Assembly (NCBI GenBank): GCA_036785375.1
Contig: JAWMAR010000013.1
Coordinates: 310,001 to 374,000 of the forward strand
From: Leucoraja ocellata
Lineage: Eukaryota
Length of the DNA stretch: 64,000 nucleotides
Direction: 5' to 3'
Shown here: positions 50,445 through 61,404 of the stretch, piece after piece
Layout of the letters: each line of letters starts with the position of its first letter
Numbering within the stretch: the first letter of the stretch is position 1
Made by a program: the position numbers and the translations under genes
Notes under the pieces: model-generated
Databases searched by the model: none
What the model saw: only the letters and a program-made list of their open reading frames with translations
What the model was told of the DNA's origin: nothing

Positions 50445-51209
50445 AGGGCCTATCCCACTGATGCGACCTTTCAGCGACTGTCTTCGACCTTCAAGCTCGA
50501 GGGCACTTGCCTGAAAAACCTCGAGCTGGATCGACCGTCAGCGATGAAACCGCGAGCCGGATCGACCGTCTGCACACACACACTCACACAAACACATCAC
50601 AAAGGGGGCCAGGGAAAGCGGGGGAGCGCTGTCTGAAATTCACACCCGCGATGAGCAAGAAGGTAAAAGACGGCTGCACAGTGTACGGTAAGTCCTTTAG
50701 AGAGTGCTGGGGGGGGGGGGGGGGGGGGGGGGGGAGAAGGGGAGAGAAGGGGGAGAAGGGGGAAGAAGGGGGGGGGGGAGAAGGAGTGGAGATACCTTTA
50801 AGAAGCCAGACAACATCATAAAGTTTAGCGGGCATTTTACATTACCGGTCGGCTTTCCTTGGTCTTGAAAACTCCAATGATCCAATTAAAATGCCCGGTC
50901 AGCGAAGGAGATTGCCTACGGCTGCCCTCGACTGCCTATAGCTACATAGCGACTCCACTCCACTGCGCTACGAGTTCAAAAGAACCATGCTGACCAATTT
51001 TTACTCGCGGAAAAATGTTCAACATGCTAATAAATTTTCCTCGACCAAACTGAGGCCGCGAGTATGCGGGAACTTCCCTCAAGCATGAAGGAGAGTTCCA
51101 GTGACCTCATAGGACCTCCTAGGACCACATGTCGACCTTGCTGCGAGTTTGAGTCGAGGCCAAACTCTTCCAAACTCGCAGATTAGGTCGCCGCAGTGGG
51201 ACAGCCCCT
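50445..51209. mobile_element. PIF/Harbinger-type non-autonomous DNA transposon (765 bp)
   Basis: TTA|AGGGCCTATCCCACTG..GCGACC ... GGTCGCCGCAGTGGGACAGCCCCT|TTA; CpG-rich interior with a poly(G)/GA tract. Confidence 0.88.
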
Positions 51210-51379
51210 TTACACTGAAATCAGAGTCAGCAGCTCCCTGAGATGTCACACTGACGTAGGGTAGTGTAACCCCACCAGCTACCACGGATCTTAAGATCAA
51301 GGCATTGTGATTATTCCTTGTCTCAGGTCTTTCATCCTGCAGGGCAGGTGGCGCAGATGGTTCAGTACACCAACAATAA

Positions 51380-51600
51380 ATGGAATGTGGACGATCAGAG
51401 GAACAGTAAGTATCGGGAATACTCAGCGGATATGGCAGCACCTGTAAAGAGTGAAACAAGAGTGTTGTTTCAATTGAAGACCTTTGATCATTGATCCAAC
51501 CACTGACTTTGTTTCTCTCTGCTGGTGTGGCCTGACCACTTGAGTATGTGTGGCATTTTCTGTTTTTCTTCCAGCACCTGCAGTATTTTGGTTTTGTAAA
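51380..51600. mobile_element. Old palindromic Penelope-derived element
   Basis: AATACTCAGCGGATATGGCAGCACCTG ... GGCCTGACCACTTGAGTAT..TGGCATTTTCTGTTTTT..CCAGCACCTGCAGTATTTTG. Confidence 0.5.
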
Positions 51601-51689
51601 CGGAGTGAGTGAACACCATGGCGAAGATTGCCGAGCAGGCTGCATGCTTGAGAGGGGATATTATCCGCCAGGTCGCGGGTACTAAAGGA

Positions 51690-52670
51690 AGATGCGTTCC
51701 CAGTCCCCTACTATACTCCCTGCACAGTCACGATTGTACAGCCAAATTCAGCTCGAACTCCATCTACAAGTTTACGCATGATACCACTGTGGTGGGCCGA
51801 GTCACAAACAATGAGAAGACAGAGTACAGGAAGGGGATAGATTTTCGTGACAGGGTGTCAAGCCAATAACCTCTCCCTCAATGTCAACAAGATGAAGGAG
51901 TAAGTAATTGGCTTCAGGAAACATGGTACAGTACATGCCCAAATTGGCATCAATAGTACGGAAGTGGAATTGGTTGAGCACTTCAAGTTCCTTGTTGTTA
52001 ATATCATCAATGATCTGTCATAGATCAATCACGTTGATGCAACAGCCAAGAAGGCACATCAATGCCTCTACTTCCTGAAGGGACTGAGGGAATTTGGTAT
52101 GTCTTCAGCGACTCTTACAAACATTTATAGATGCACCACAGAAAACATACTGTTGGGTTGTGTCACAGCTTGGTTTGGAAACAGTTCTGCCCAAGTCCAC
52201 AAGAAATTGCAGAGAATTGTAGGTGTAGCCCAGTCAATCACACAGACCTGACACTGATTCTATCTACACTTAACACTGCCTTGGAGAAGCAGCCAACATA
52301 ATCAAAGACATCCCACCCCAGTCATTCCTTCTTCTCCCAGCTCCCATCCGGCAGAAGTTGCAGAAGCTTGAAAGTGTGTGTCACCAATTTCAGGAACAGC
52401 TTTTTCCACTCAGGCTTCTGGACAGTCTTGTGATAAGCTAGGGTACCGTCTGAGGACATTGAGGACATTGGACTTTGTCTACAGAACAGATGCGCTACAA
52501 TGCTGAGATACTGTATTTCTCGCTTTGTATCTTGCTCTTTGCTCTGTCTATTGTACTTGAGTTTAACTTCATTGTATTTATGTATGCTGTATCTGAACTG
52601 TTTTGATAACATGCAAAACAAAGCTTTTCACAGTACCTCGGTACACATGACAACAATAAACGTTAACCTA
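51690..52670 (+). mobile_element. Rex1/Babar-clade LINE, 5'-truncated RT C-terminus plus 3' UTR
   Basis: Translation SPLLYSLHSHDCTAKFSSNSIYKF(TH)DTTVVGRVTNNEKTEYRK (degenerate KFADD), NNLSLNV.K.KE; tail AAAGCTTTTCACAGTACCTCGGTACACATGACAACAATAAA. Confidence 0.88.
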
Positions 52671-52865
52671 CAGCTGCTGCAGTATCACAGACGGATCATT
52701 TTGAACAGAAGATGCACACAGTTACTTGAGCCGTAGCACACAGAGCTGAGTCTGTGTCCTGCCAGGTGCCCAGGTGGAAGGTGCGGGAAACCGGTTCACC
52801 AGTTTAAGTCATGCAGGAAGGTTCACATTACTACAGCTTGAGCTGCTGGGCAAGACCACTCTTAT

Positions 52866-52966
52866 CCAGTCTGAAGAAGGGTTTCGGCCCGAAACGTTGC
52901 CTATTTCCTTCGCTCCATAGATGCTGCTGCACCCGCTGAGTTTCTCCAGCTTTTTTGTGTAACCCA
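52866..52966 (+). mobile_element. Young Penelope-derived short element starting at a hammerhead
   Basis: Direct repeat CACTCTTAT (52857-52865, 52967-52975); CpGs retained. Confidence 0.8.
52868..52901 (+). ncRNA. Putative minimal type-I hammerhead ribozyme (Penelope-type)
   Basis: AGT-CTGAAGA-A-GGGT-TTCG-GCCC-GAAAC-GTT-GCC: intact CUGANGA and GAAA boxes, helix II capped by UUCG, palindromic AACGTT in place of helix III, weak helix I. Confidence 0.65.
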
Positions 52967-53044
52967 CACTCTTATAATTACTTTGTTTGTTCTTACCCCC
53001 TCATTGCCCAAATTTCACAGCTTTTGTTCAATGTAAATCTGTCT

Positions 53045-53400
53045 AATTTCAAGAGCCAAGAGTGCGTAATTGTCATATGCAACAACACAACAATGAAATT
53101 CTTACACGCAGCAGCATATGAGGCCTGAAATCACATTATACACAAATAATATATAATAAACAACAAGTCTTTAAATTAATAATGCCAATACTAGTGCAAA
53201 GCAACCCCTATGTCATCAGTGCAACCAAAAACAGTCCACTGTCACTGTTGGGGTTAGTGTTGTGCAGTGTTCAAGAGTCTGATGGTTGTTGGGCAGAAAC
53301 GTTTCTTGAACCTGGTGATCATGGTTTTCAGACTCCTGTACTTTCGTCCCAATGGCAGGAGTGAAATGAGTGTATTGTCAGGGTGGTGTTTTCAAACCCA
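53045..53400 (-). mobile_element. Rex1/Babar 3' fragment
   Basis: GTGTTCAAGAGTCTGATGGTTGTTGGGCAGAAAC.TTTCTTGAACCTGG...CAGACTCCTGTACTTTC.TCCC.ATGGCAG. Confidence 0.75.
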
Positions 53401-54349
53401 TTGTCTGTGTAATCTCTGCAGGGCTCTCTTCTTGTCCTCAGCATTTCCCTCTGTCCTCCTCATCTCTTCCCCACCTTCTCTGCAACTTAAAACGGACCCA
53501 GTTTTCTCTATCCCAGTTGAAGGATCTTATGAAGGATCTTTCACCCAAAACCGTAATGCGATTTCTCATTCCACTGACACCGCCTGACGGGCCATGTGTT
53601 TCCAACATACTCTGTTTCAATGACCTCAGTTCAAGTCAATGTTCCCATCTTTTCTTTAATGTTTGATATGAACCAGCTGTATAGAGGAACATCATATTCA
53701 ATGGAATACAATCTGTGGTGTAACGAGGTGATATTTTACTCGCTCAACAACCGGTGACAGAGAGGTTTGTATTCATTGAGCCTGAGACTGTCTCTAGGAT
53801 TAGGGCTTGTAGTGCCTCCAAGGTTAAACAATACACTTCAAAATATATTTGTCTGGCAAATCAAATTTTATTGCAGCACTACATTCTGGCCTTGAGCAAA
53901 GGTTGAAAAGTTCATCACACATTGAAGGAATTGGATGATTCATGCCGGTGAACCACTTATAAAGGAAATCTCCGTGATTGCAGCCTGTTCTGAAACAGAG
54001 GATCCCCAGTAATTCTCTGCTCTTCACATAGAATCACTAAAGGAATGGGCTCAGGTCCCAGGAATCAATTGCCAGCCACTGATCATCGACCTGGAAGTGT
54101 AGAGGAAGAGCAATAGGCTCTAATAGTGCCTGTTGTGATCATGTGTTGGTTTCCATTCAATAGCAGATTTTTTTATGATGGACAAAATGCAATGAGACTA
54201 GTGTCATCACTAAGACGACACTGCGAGACTGGCATTGAAGCCACTGAATCAAGTCTAGTTACATTGTTCAAGAGAACTCAATTATTCTGCTATGCTTACT
54301 TCCCAAATGTAATGTTTATTAATTTTAGTTTTCTGTAAAAAAAAGTATA

Positions 54350-54690
54350 TTTTACCCAGGGTAAGGGAATTAAACAAGAGGACATATATGTTTGAGGTGA
54401 GAGGGTACATGAAATGAGCTGCCAGAGGAGGTAGTTGAAGCAGATAAATGGGACTTGCTTAGATGCAGCATCTTAATTGGCATGTTAAGTTGGGCCAAAG
54501 GGTCTGTTTCCATGCTGTATGGTTATTGGGTATTTGTAAAACAGAGATTGACAGGTTCCTAATCCGTAAGGGTGTCAAAAGTTATGCGAAGAAGGCAGGA
54601 GAATGGGGTTCAGAGGGAAGGATTGATCAGCCATGATCAGCAGAGTGGACTCAATAAGTCAAATGGCCTAATTCTGCTCCAATGATTTAT
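54350..54690 (+). mobile_element. Two decayed CR1 3' fragments
   Basis: GAGCTGCCAGAGGAGGTAGTTGA and GATCAGCCATGAT...ATGGCCTAATTCTGCTCC motifs. Confidence 0.7.
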
Positions 54691-55429
54691 GAACATGTTT
54701 CCTGTTACCTGATTACTGGAAATGCAGCTAATAATTCAGGTGCAGTCCCATTTTTATACAACTATTACAAGGGGAGCAGGTATGTGGGACACCACTAATT
54801 GTGGGATTTCTCCAAGTTGCACACTGACTTGGAAATATATCATAGATCTCTATCATCGCTGGGATTTGCTTCCCAACAGCCTTGCCAATCATGCCCAGAT
54901 CCCAAAAACGAATATAATATAAGTGCCAGCTCACAAAGAAAACCCTTTTCAATCAGTCGAGCTAACTTTAAGGAGATGTGGCCAGTTTTATTTATAAAAG
55001 GCCAATCAGGGTTACAATTTCTCCAACTGATAATCATATGGATTCCAAAGGGAACTGGATTTACGGTTGCCATTGATCAGAACTGTTAAATCAGGAAATT
55101 TGTAGCAATTCGGGTGGAACAACTAATGGTTCACAAAATATCCAGAGAAACATTCAAGGCATAAACACGAAAATGAATGTCCAGAATGGAGAATAATTTC
55201 TCCAGTGAGGCTTCTGTCATTTCTGCAGGAACCAAATATATTCCAAAAGGATGAACTTATTAAGAGTAGTTCACAGAAATCTTAAAAGCCGACAACCTAA
55301 TGTAAAATATTCCATCACAATTCACTTTGCTCCCATGATGGGGTGGGTTTGAGTACTGCGTTAAGCACAGAGCATGCATGTTTACTCATTCCAAGCACAC
55401 ACCTTTAGAACCAAGGGAAGTAAATCACC

Positions 55430-55800
55430 CTTGTGAGACTTTGCTTTTACTCAGCACCTGATATTTAACTATTCATTTATACAGTAAATATGTCAGGAGC
55501 AGATAGATGTCGGCAGCGTGCTCGGTATTAATTTGCTGAGCTTTTCTCGGCTTGTTCCTCCCTGGTGGGGCTTGGGATTTGTGCCACAAATGCCAGCAGG
55601 TCCTATTGATCAGCTGATTAAGCAGTAATCGATTAGCTGCTGATTACCATATTGTTAAAAATGACCTCTGCTTTTCTGGCTCCAGAAAGGGACTCCATGG
55701 ATTAACAGGTGCGATATCTGTGAGACGATGGGAAATCAGTAAGGACCTGACAGGAGCCAGATCAATGTGATTTACATTATTAATCCTCAGAGAAAGACAA
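55430..55800. promoter_or_regulatory. Candidate conserved non-coding element
   Basis: Unique sequence with TAATCGATTA palindrome, TGATTA repeated three times, CAGCTG E-box, TGATTTAC and TGACAG. Conservation not tested. Confidence 0.4.
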
Positions 55801-56402
55801 CAGATCCTGGCTGCATCCATAAATACAGCAAGGCCAGCATTTAGAGGAAGTAAATTCTTGATAAATATCTTCTCCCTCTGCGTCCTCAACCTTTTACCTG
55901 CTTCAGCATTGCCGTTTTCGCAGGTGAGAGCGTTCTTATCGTGGAGTTAATCACCTGTGGGACCACTTGTACACAACCCCAGTTTCTTTCCTACATAACA
56001 TCAACTTTCAACTGAAAAAATGACCTGGGGAGATGATATACTGAATCCAGGCATTATCACACACGAGCAAGACATGGCAGCAAAGAAAAGAAAGGAAATA
56101 TCAATTCCTATAACCAGTAGAAATAACATGTGTAACGGTTGGGGAGGAGTGAGGTTCAGTGGTTAAGAACAGACGTGACCATGCTTGTTGCTATCCCAGA
56201 AATTCCGGTGACCTCAGCCTCTACAAACCATGGATAGACATATCTTGAATTTTCAATTTCCAAGGAAAGGGAATAACCTTGCATTACACAATGCCTTGAA
56301 CAATGAACCATAGAATCATCAAATGTTGAGTAGAGAGGAAGGCCCCTCCTCTGATTGTGCCTTTGATGACTCTTCCACAGAACTGGAACCCCTCTTCCAC
56401 AG

Positions 56403-56652
56403 GGGTGCCATGGTGGTGCAGCGGTAGAGTTGCTGCCTTACAGTGCCAGAACCCCAGGTCCCGGGTTCAATCCTAAGCACAGGTGCTGTCTGTTCGGAGT
56501 ATACGTTCTCCCCGTGACCTACATGGGTTTTTCCTCCCACACTCCAAAGACGTACAGGTCTGTAGGTTCATTACCTTGGTATAAATGTAAGTTGTCCCTA
56601 GTGTGTAACATAGTGTTAATGTGCAGGGATCACTGGTTGGTGCGGACTCGGG
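56403..56652 (+). mobile_element. HE1-type tRNA-derived V-SINE
   Basis: A box TGGTGCAGCGG, B box GGTTCAATCC, V-domain-like GTTCTCCCCGTGACC...TTCCTCCCACACTCCAAAGACGTACAGGT, CR1-like tail. Confidence 0.88.
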
Positions 56653-56654
56653 TG

Positions 56655-56862
56655 CTCCAAAACTAAGCTGTGATGCAACTCAACAGTATGTTTTCTATGG
56701 TGCATCCGTAGAAGTTTGTACGAGCCACTGGAGATATGCCAAATTTCTTCTGACTCCTGAGAAAGGAGAGGTGTTGGTGTGCTTTTGTGACCATCGCATT
56801 AATGTGGTTAGTCCACAACAGATTATTGGTAATTTGAACATCATGGAACTTGAAGCTCTCAA
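56655..56862 (-). mobile_element. Rex1/Babar RT C-terminal fragment
   Basis: ORF RVESFKF..VQITNNL.WTNHINA.V.KAHQHL.FLR..KKFG.S.....NFY.CTIENIL.SCITA. Confidence 0.85.
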
Positions 56863-56869
56863 CTCTGGC

Positions 56870-57640
56870 TGATAATTCCAAATATTCACCATGCTCTGAG
56901 TGAAAAACTTACCCCTCATAGCTTTTCAAATTTCTCTCCCCTCATTTTAAACCTATGCTCTCTAGTTCTGGAGTTCACTACTCTGGGAAAAAGACTCTCT
57001 ATCATATCCATGCCCCTCATAATTTTATAATCCTGCATAAGGTTATCCTTCAACCGTATACGTTCCTGTGAGAATAAACCCAGCTTAATCCAGTCTAATC
57101 CTTTTTAAAACTTTAGCCCTCCTTTCTAGCAACATTGTGGTGAATCTCTTCAGCACCCTCTCTATTGGTACCACATCCTTCCTGCAATGTGGTTACTGGA
57201 ACAGTACAGGATACTCTAAGTGTAATCTAATCAATGTTTTGTACATGACGTCCCAAGTCTTATACTCAATGTCTCGGCCCACGAGGATAAGTGAGCATAG
57301 ACAATTTTGACAACCCTACAAACCGGTATCATCACTTCCAGAGAGCTGTGGACTTGAACCCCAAGGTCTCTCTGTACATCAATGCTCCTAAGATCCAGGT
57401 CATTTGTTCTAGATGTCCTTGTACTTATCTAAAGTCCATCTGCCACTGCTCCGCCCAACTATCCACCTGATCAATGCTTCACAAACAACTTTGAACAACT
57501 TTCTTCATTATCTGCAACTCCGCCTGTTTTTTTGTCTGCAAACTAATCATGCCTCCTAAATTTTTATTTAAGTCATTTATACAAAGATTACAAACAACAA
57601 GTTTTCTGCATGGATTACTGTGAACACCACTTATTAAACA
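56870..57640 (-). mobile_element. Old CR1 fragment
   Basis: MRGKFFTQSMVNIWN; reverse of the LEY.V.FW, DLG and FADN.K regions. Confidence 0.75.
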
Positions 57641-57993
57641 TTTCCCATCTGAAATTGGATACAGTCACTGTGTTGTTGGAGTCACTGTGCGAGGATCTTG
57701 CTGCAAGTATGAATTTCATTGTACCTGTACCTTACTGGTACTTCACCTGATCAACACGCGTCTGAACGCTGTGCCTTAAGCTTCTGGAATAGCTACTGTC
57801 CTGTTTTCATCAATCTCTTTGGATAACTCCCCAAAACCTCAATTAGATTGATCACCTCTGCACAAAACTGAACTTACTGCTCCTAATAAGACCCCGCCTT
57901 TCTAAGTGAACATAAATCCTGTTCCTCTGAATCTTCTCCAGCAACTTGCCAACCACTGATGTTACTCAATGGCACACACCTGGACCATTCTCA

Positions 57994-58086
57994 GAAAGGT
58001 AGACAAAAAATGCTGGAGAAACTCAGCGGGTGAGGCAGCATCAATGGAGAGAAGGAATTGGCAACGTTTCGGGTCGAGACCCTTCT
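57994..58086 (-). mobile_element. Penelope-derived short element (hammerhead 5' box truncated)
   Basis: Minus strand AGA-A-GGG-TCTCGA-CCC-GAAAC-GTT-GCC followed by the family body. Confidence 0.75.
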
Positions 58087-58899
58087 CTAAAGGTCCCATT
58101 CTCTAAGGCTTTGACCTTTCTTAAGGTGTGTTAGCCAAAACGGAGCATAATATTCCATCTGAGCCCGCAACCAGTGAAAATGTCCTCCATTTGCATTCTG
58201 GCTTCTCTCTACGATGCCAATATGCCTGTGTGCTGTCTCAGCAGCTTGCTTAATATTTCCCATCTTCTTCAAGGTTACTTTCATGTGTGCTGCCAGGTTT
58301 CTATATTCTTGTGGCACTTGGAAATTTATATTATTTATTTTAAAGCACACAGCCTCTTCACATCTGCCGCTCAAATCCTTCACAGTTGTCTGCATTACAT
58401 TCTGCCAGTTTTCCGTTCTGAGGTCTGGTATTTTCTTTATCAGTGTTGACTAAGTTTGTACATTCCATATTTCCTTTCAAGCTCCCAATATCCAGCCTCA
58501 GATCATTAATACTGTATATACTGGTGATCACACTCAGAAACAGTGTGGTGGCCGAATATAGGGAACACACAGTTGAAGCAGCCTCCTGAACGTAAAGTGA
58601 AAACATTTTGAGGGCTGTGAGAAGCCTAATATAAACACCACATTCTATTTCTTCCTTTTGTTGCAAGCTATTCTCACTCTTCTAAAGCTCAGCATTTTAT
58701 TCCACACATCCTACCAATATGTTGAAACATCACAAAATAAAATGATGTAAACCAGAAAAGACACAACAAATGAACACCATAAGGTCTACATCCTCCTACG
58801 CTGTTTGTGGTTTGAGTTTCCTCTGATCTCGGCAACTGTGACAGCAGCTTCAGCCTCCTTTCAATGAAAGTGAATTCTGTTCACTCTGCCAATTCCATA

Positions 58900-59170
58900 G
58901 GATATAGGTTTAAGGTGAGAGGGGAAAGATTTATTAAGAACCCGCGGGGAAACTTTTACACGCAGAGGGTGGTGGGTATATTGAAATAGCTGCCAGAGGA
59001 AGTAGTGGAGACAGGTACAATAACAAGATTTAACAGACATTTGCACAGGTACATGGATAGAAAAGCTTTAGACAAATATGAACCAATGCAGGCAAATAGG
59101 ACAAGCTTGGATGGGTCATCTAAGCGTGGAAAAGTTGGGCTGAAGGGCCTGTTTAAATGCTGTATGACTA
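58900..59170 (+). mobile_element. CR1 3' fragment
   Basis: CATAGG.TTAAGGTGAGAGGGGAAAGATT...ACGCAGAGGGTGGTGGGTAT...GGGCTGAAGGGCCTGTTT. Confidence 0.85.
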
Positions 59171-59767
59171 TGGACCAGCTGGCTTTGGTCTAAATGTCTG
59201 TATTAAAGGAATTTCCTGGCTTAAAGATGTGACAACATAATTATGACTTAGTACTTTAAAGTGGGTTATTATTTCAAGGGGCAGGCAATGGCACAGAGTA
59301 AGGAGATCTGTTGGAACAATCTGGGCTTTGATGAAACCTGGAACAATGCAATAGACAATAGGTGCAAGAGTAGGTCATTCGGCCCCTCAAGCCAGCACCA
59401 CCAATCAATGTGATCACGCATACGTGAAACGTTTCTAGAGTGAAGGATTGGTATATTTGCGTCAAGAAAGCTGACTGGTGTGGTTTCTGGAATGAGGATT
59501 ATTTTGTGAAGAAAGATCGAGTAGAATTGGCCTATGCTCTGAGATTTTGAAGAAAAATTGTGATTTCATAAAAACATACAAGATTCAGTGTGGGCTCAAC
59601 AAATCAAGATGCTGTGAAGCTGTTTCTGAGCTTGGGGTATTTAAAACTAGACATCACAGACTCAGGATAAGAGCTTGACCACATTACTGCCAAAGAGAAA
59701 TTCCTTTTTGTTGAGGGTTGAGTCTTTGGAATTCTCTCCTTCAGTTGTTATGTTCGCTATATTATTA

Positions 59768-60285
59768 AGGGGCCACACAGCACTTGCAGTGGCGGAGACC
59801 AGGGTTCGACCCCAACTACAGGTGCTGAATGTACAGCGTTCGTAATTCTCCACGTGACCGCGTGGGTTTTCTCCGAGATCGTAGCGGCAACTGCGGAGGG
59901 CTTGAGGAGGCCCTGACCACGGGGAACAATGGAGGAAGAGACTGACTTTGGTGCCTTCCCACACAGTGGGAAACTCTGATTCTGCTGTGTGGGGATGTTT
60001 TATGTCAAATTCTATAGTGTGTTGTGTTCTTTATTTTTATTGTATGGCTGTATGGGAATTTCATTTCGCTGTGCCATCTGGCACATGTGACAATTAAATG
60101 TATCTTGAGATTGTCGGTTTCCTCCCACACTCCAAAGACATACAGGTTTGTAGGTTAATTGGCTAGGTATTAATATAAATTGTCCCGAGTGTGTGTAGGA
60201 TAATGTTAATGTGCGGGGATCACTGGTCAGTGCGGACTCGGTGGACCGAAGGGCCTGTATCCGCACTATATATCTAAAAACTAAA
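59768..60285 (+). mobile_element. HE1-type SINE interrupted by a ~230-bp retroelement 3' fragment (59880-60110)
   Basis: B box GGTTCGACCC; the SINE body breaks at CTCCGAGAT and resumes at GAGATTGTCGGTTTCCTCCCACACTCCAAAGAC; the insert matches the 3' end of the 37407-38222 family. Confidence 0.8.
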
Positions 60286-60384
60286 GTATATTCAAAGCTA
60301 CTATGACTTGACTACAAGGATTGCAAGGGCAATGAACAACAAAGGTCACATCATCCATAACCTTACTGAATAACAGAGTTGGCT

Positions 60385-60438
60385 AGGGTGGGAGATTGCA
60401 ACCTCCACGTGGTCCACCCTGTTTCAACAAATGCAATC
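60385..60438 (+). ncRNA. Putative minimal HDV-like (CPEB3-type) ribozyme
   Basis: AGGGTGG GA GATTGCA ACC TCCACGT GGT CCACCCT G TTTCAA CAAA TGCAATC: P1 7/7, P2 7/7 and P3 3/3 Watson-Crick pairs in nested double-pseudoknot order, 7-nt L3, candidate catalytic C at 60428. Confidence 0.78.
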
Positions 60439-60522
60439 AACCTGGCGTGCACAAACAGAAGATCAAACAGAACAAGTTGTCTTACAACTTTAGGCTGTGC
60501 ACGCCATACGCAAGAAGAAGAA
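60385..60522 (+). mobile_element. ~140-bp ribozyme-headed non-autonomous retroelement, copy 2
   Basis: Perfect 16-bp TSD GAATAACAGAGTTGGC (60368-60383, 60523-60538); (AAG)n tail; same 5' boundary as copy 1. Confidence 0.92.
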
Positions 60523-61404
60523 GAATAACAGAGTTGGCACAGGAGTGGAATGTTCTCATTGCATAAGAACGTAGGAAGAGTATTAGCAATGAGTAGGAGT
60601 AGGCCATTTAGCCCTTTTAGTCTGCTATACCAATTAATAAAAACATAGCTTTGATCTTTGATTTCAGCTCAGGTTTCTGACCTGTTCTTCATCACCATCA
60701 TCAGCCAACTGTGACACAACCTTCAGGTACCTTTGATGAGCATCATGCACGCAAACAATTGCTCAGAGTATACAGTAGCTGCAGTCCTCTGAACGTCGTC
60801 TACAGATCGAAAACAAGAGCTGTCCCATTATTTGAAGGTCAATATCAAAGAAATAAAATAATAATTGCTGGTCATCTGAAGTTGCCTGTCAGTCATTTCA
60901 CTCATGTAGAATAATTGCTCCAGCTGATGTTCTAAGGGCGTTCAGGGCACATTCACTAACTGAAGAAGTTTGTCATTGAGCTAGAGGTGATGATGTCATG
61001 GTCACCGCCCAATAAACTTATCTCTGTAAAGCTGTAAGCACGAGGTGGAAGTGGATAATGGCTACAGCAAAGTCTTTCTAACACCCGTTGCCCCCATGTA
61101 TTGGTATTGGTTTATATGTCACAGAGCTGTGGTGCTCTTGATCTGTTTGCACAGGGGTGTCCACATTTACCCTCCCCTTTCCCAGAGTGAAGGGCTCGTC
61201 TCCTGCTGTCTCATCCATTAGTAAAGTGTTGAAGCTGGGGAAACACGATGGGCAAGGGCTACCTGTGTCTCTGTTGCAAGGCTACACACAGAGACCAAAT
61301 CAATTAAAAGCCTCTGTCCCCCTTCCCCCCCCCACCCCCCCCATCACAATTAATAAAGGGTAGGCATGAAGTTGTTTACTCAAGCTCAGAAGGCTCACCG
61401 AGTC

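Noticed and set aside
51079-51645. Longest ORF in the window (188 aa)
   Set aside because: Crosses a MITE end and a decayed Penelope-derived repeat; chance open frame.
56403-56475. tRNA gene
   Set aside because: A and B boxes belong to a SINE head; there is no cloverleaf and the SINE body follows directly.
60385-60445. Simple hairpin or tRNA-derived head as the explanation for the 140-bp element's 5' end
   Set aside because: No Pol III A/B boxes, and a single hairpin accounts only for GATTGCA/TGCAATC, not the additional P1 and P3 pairings or the L3 and J4/2 consensus.
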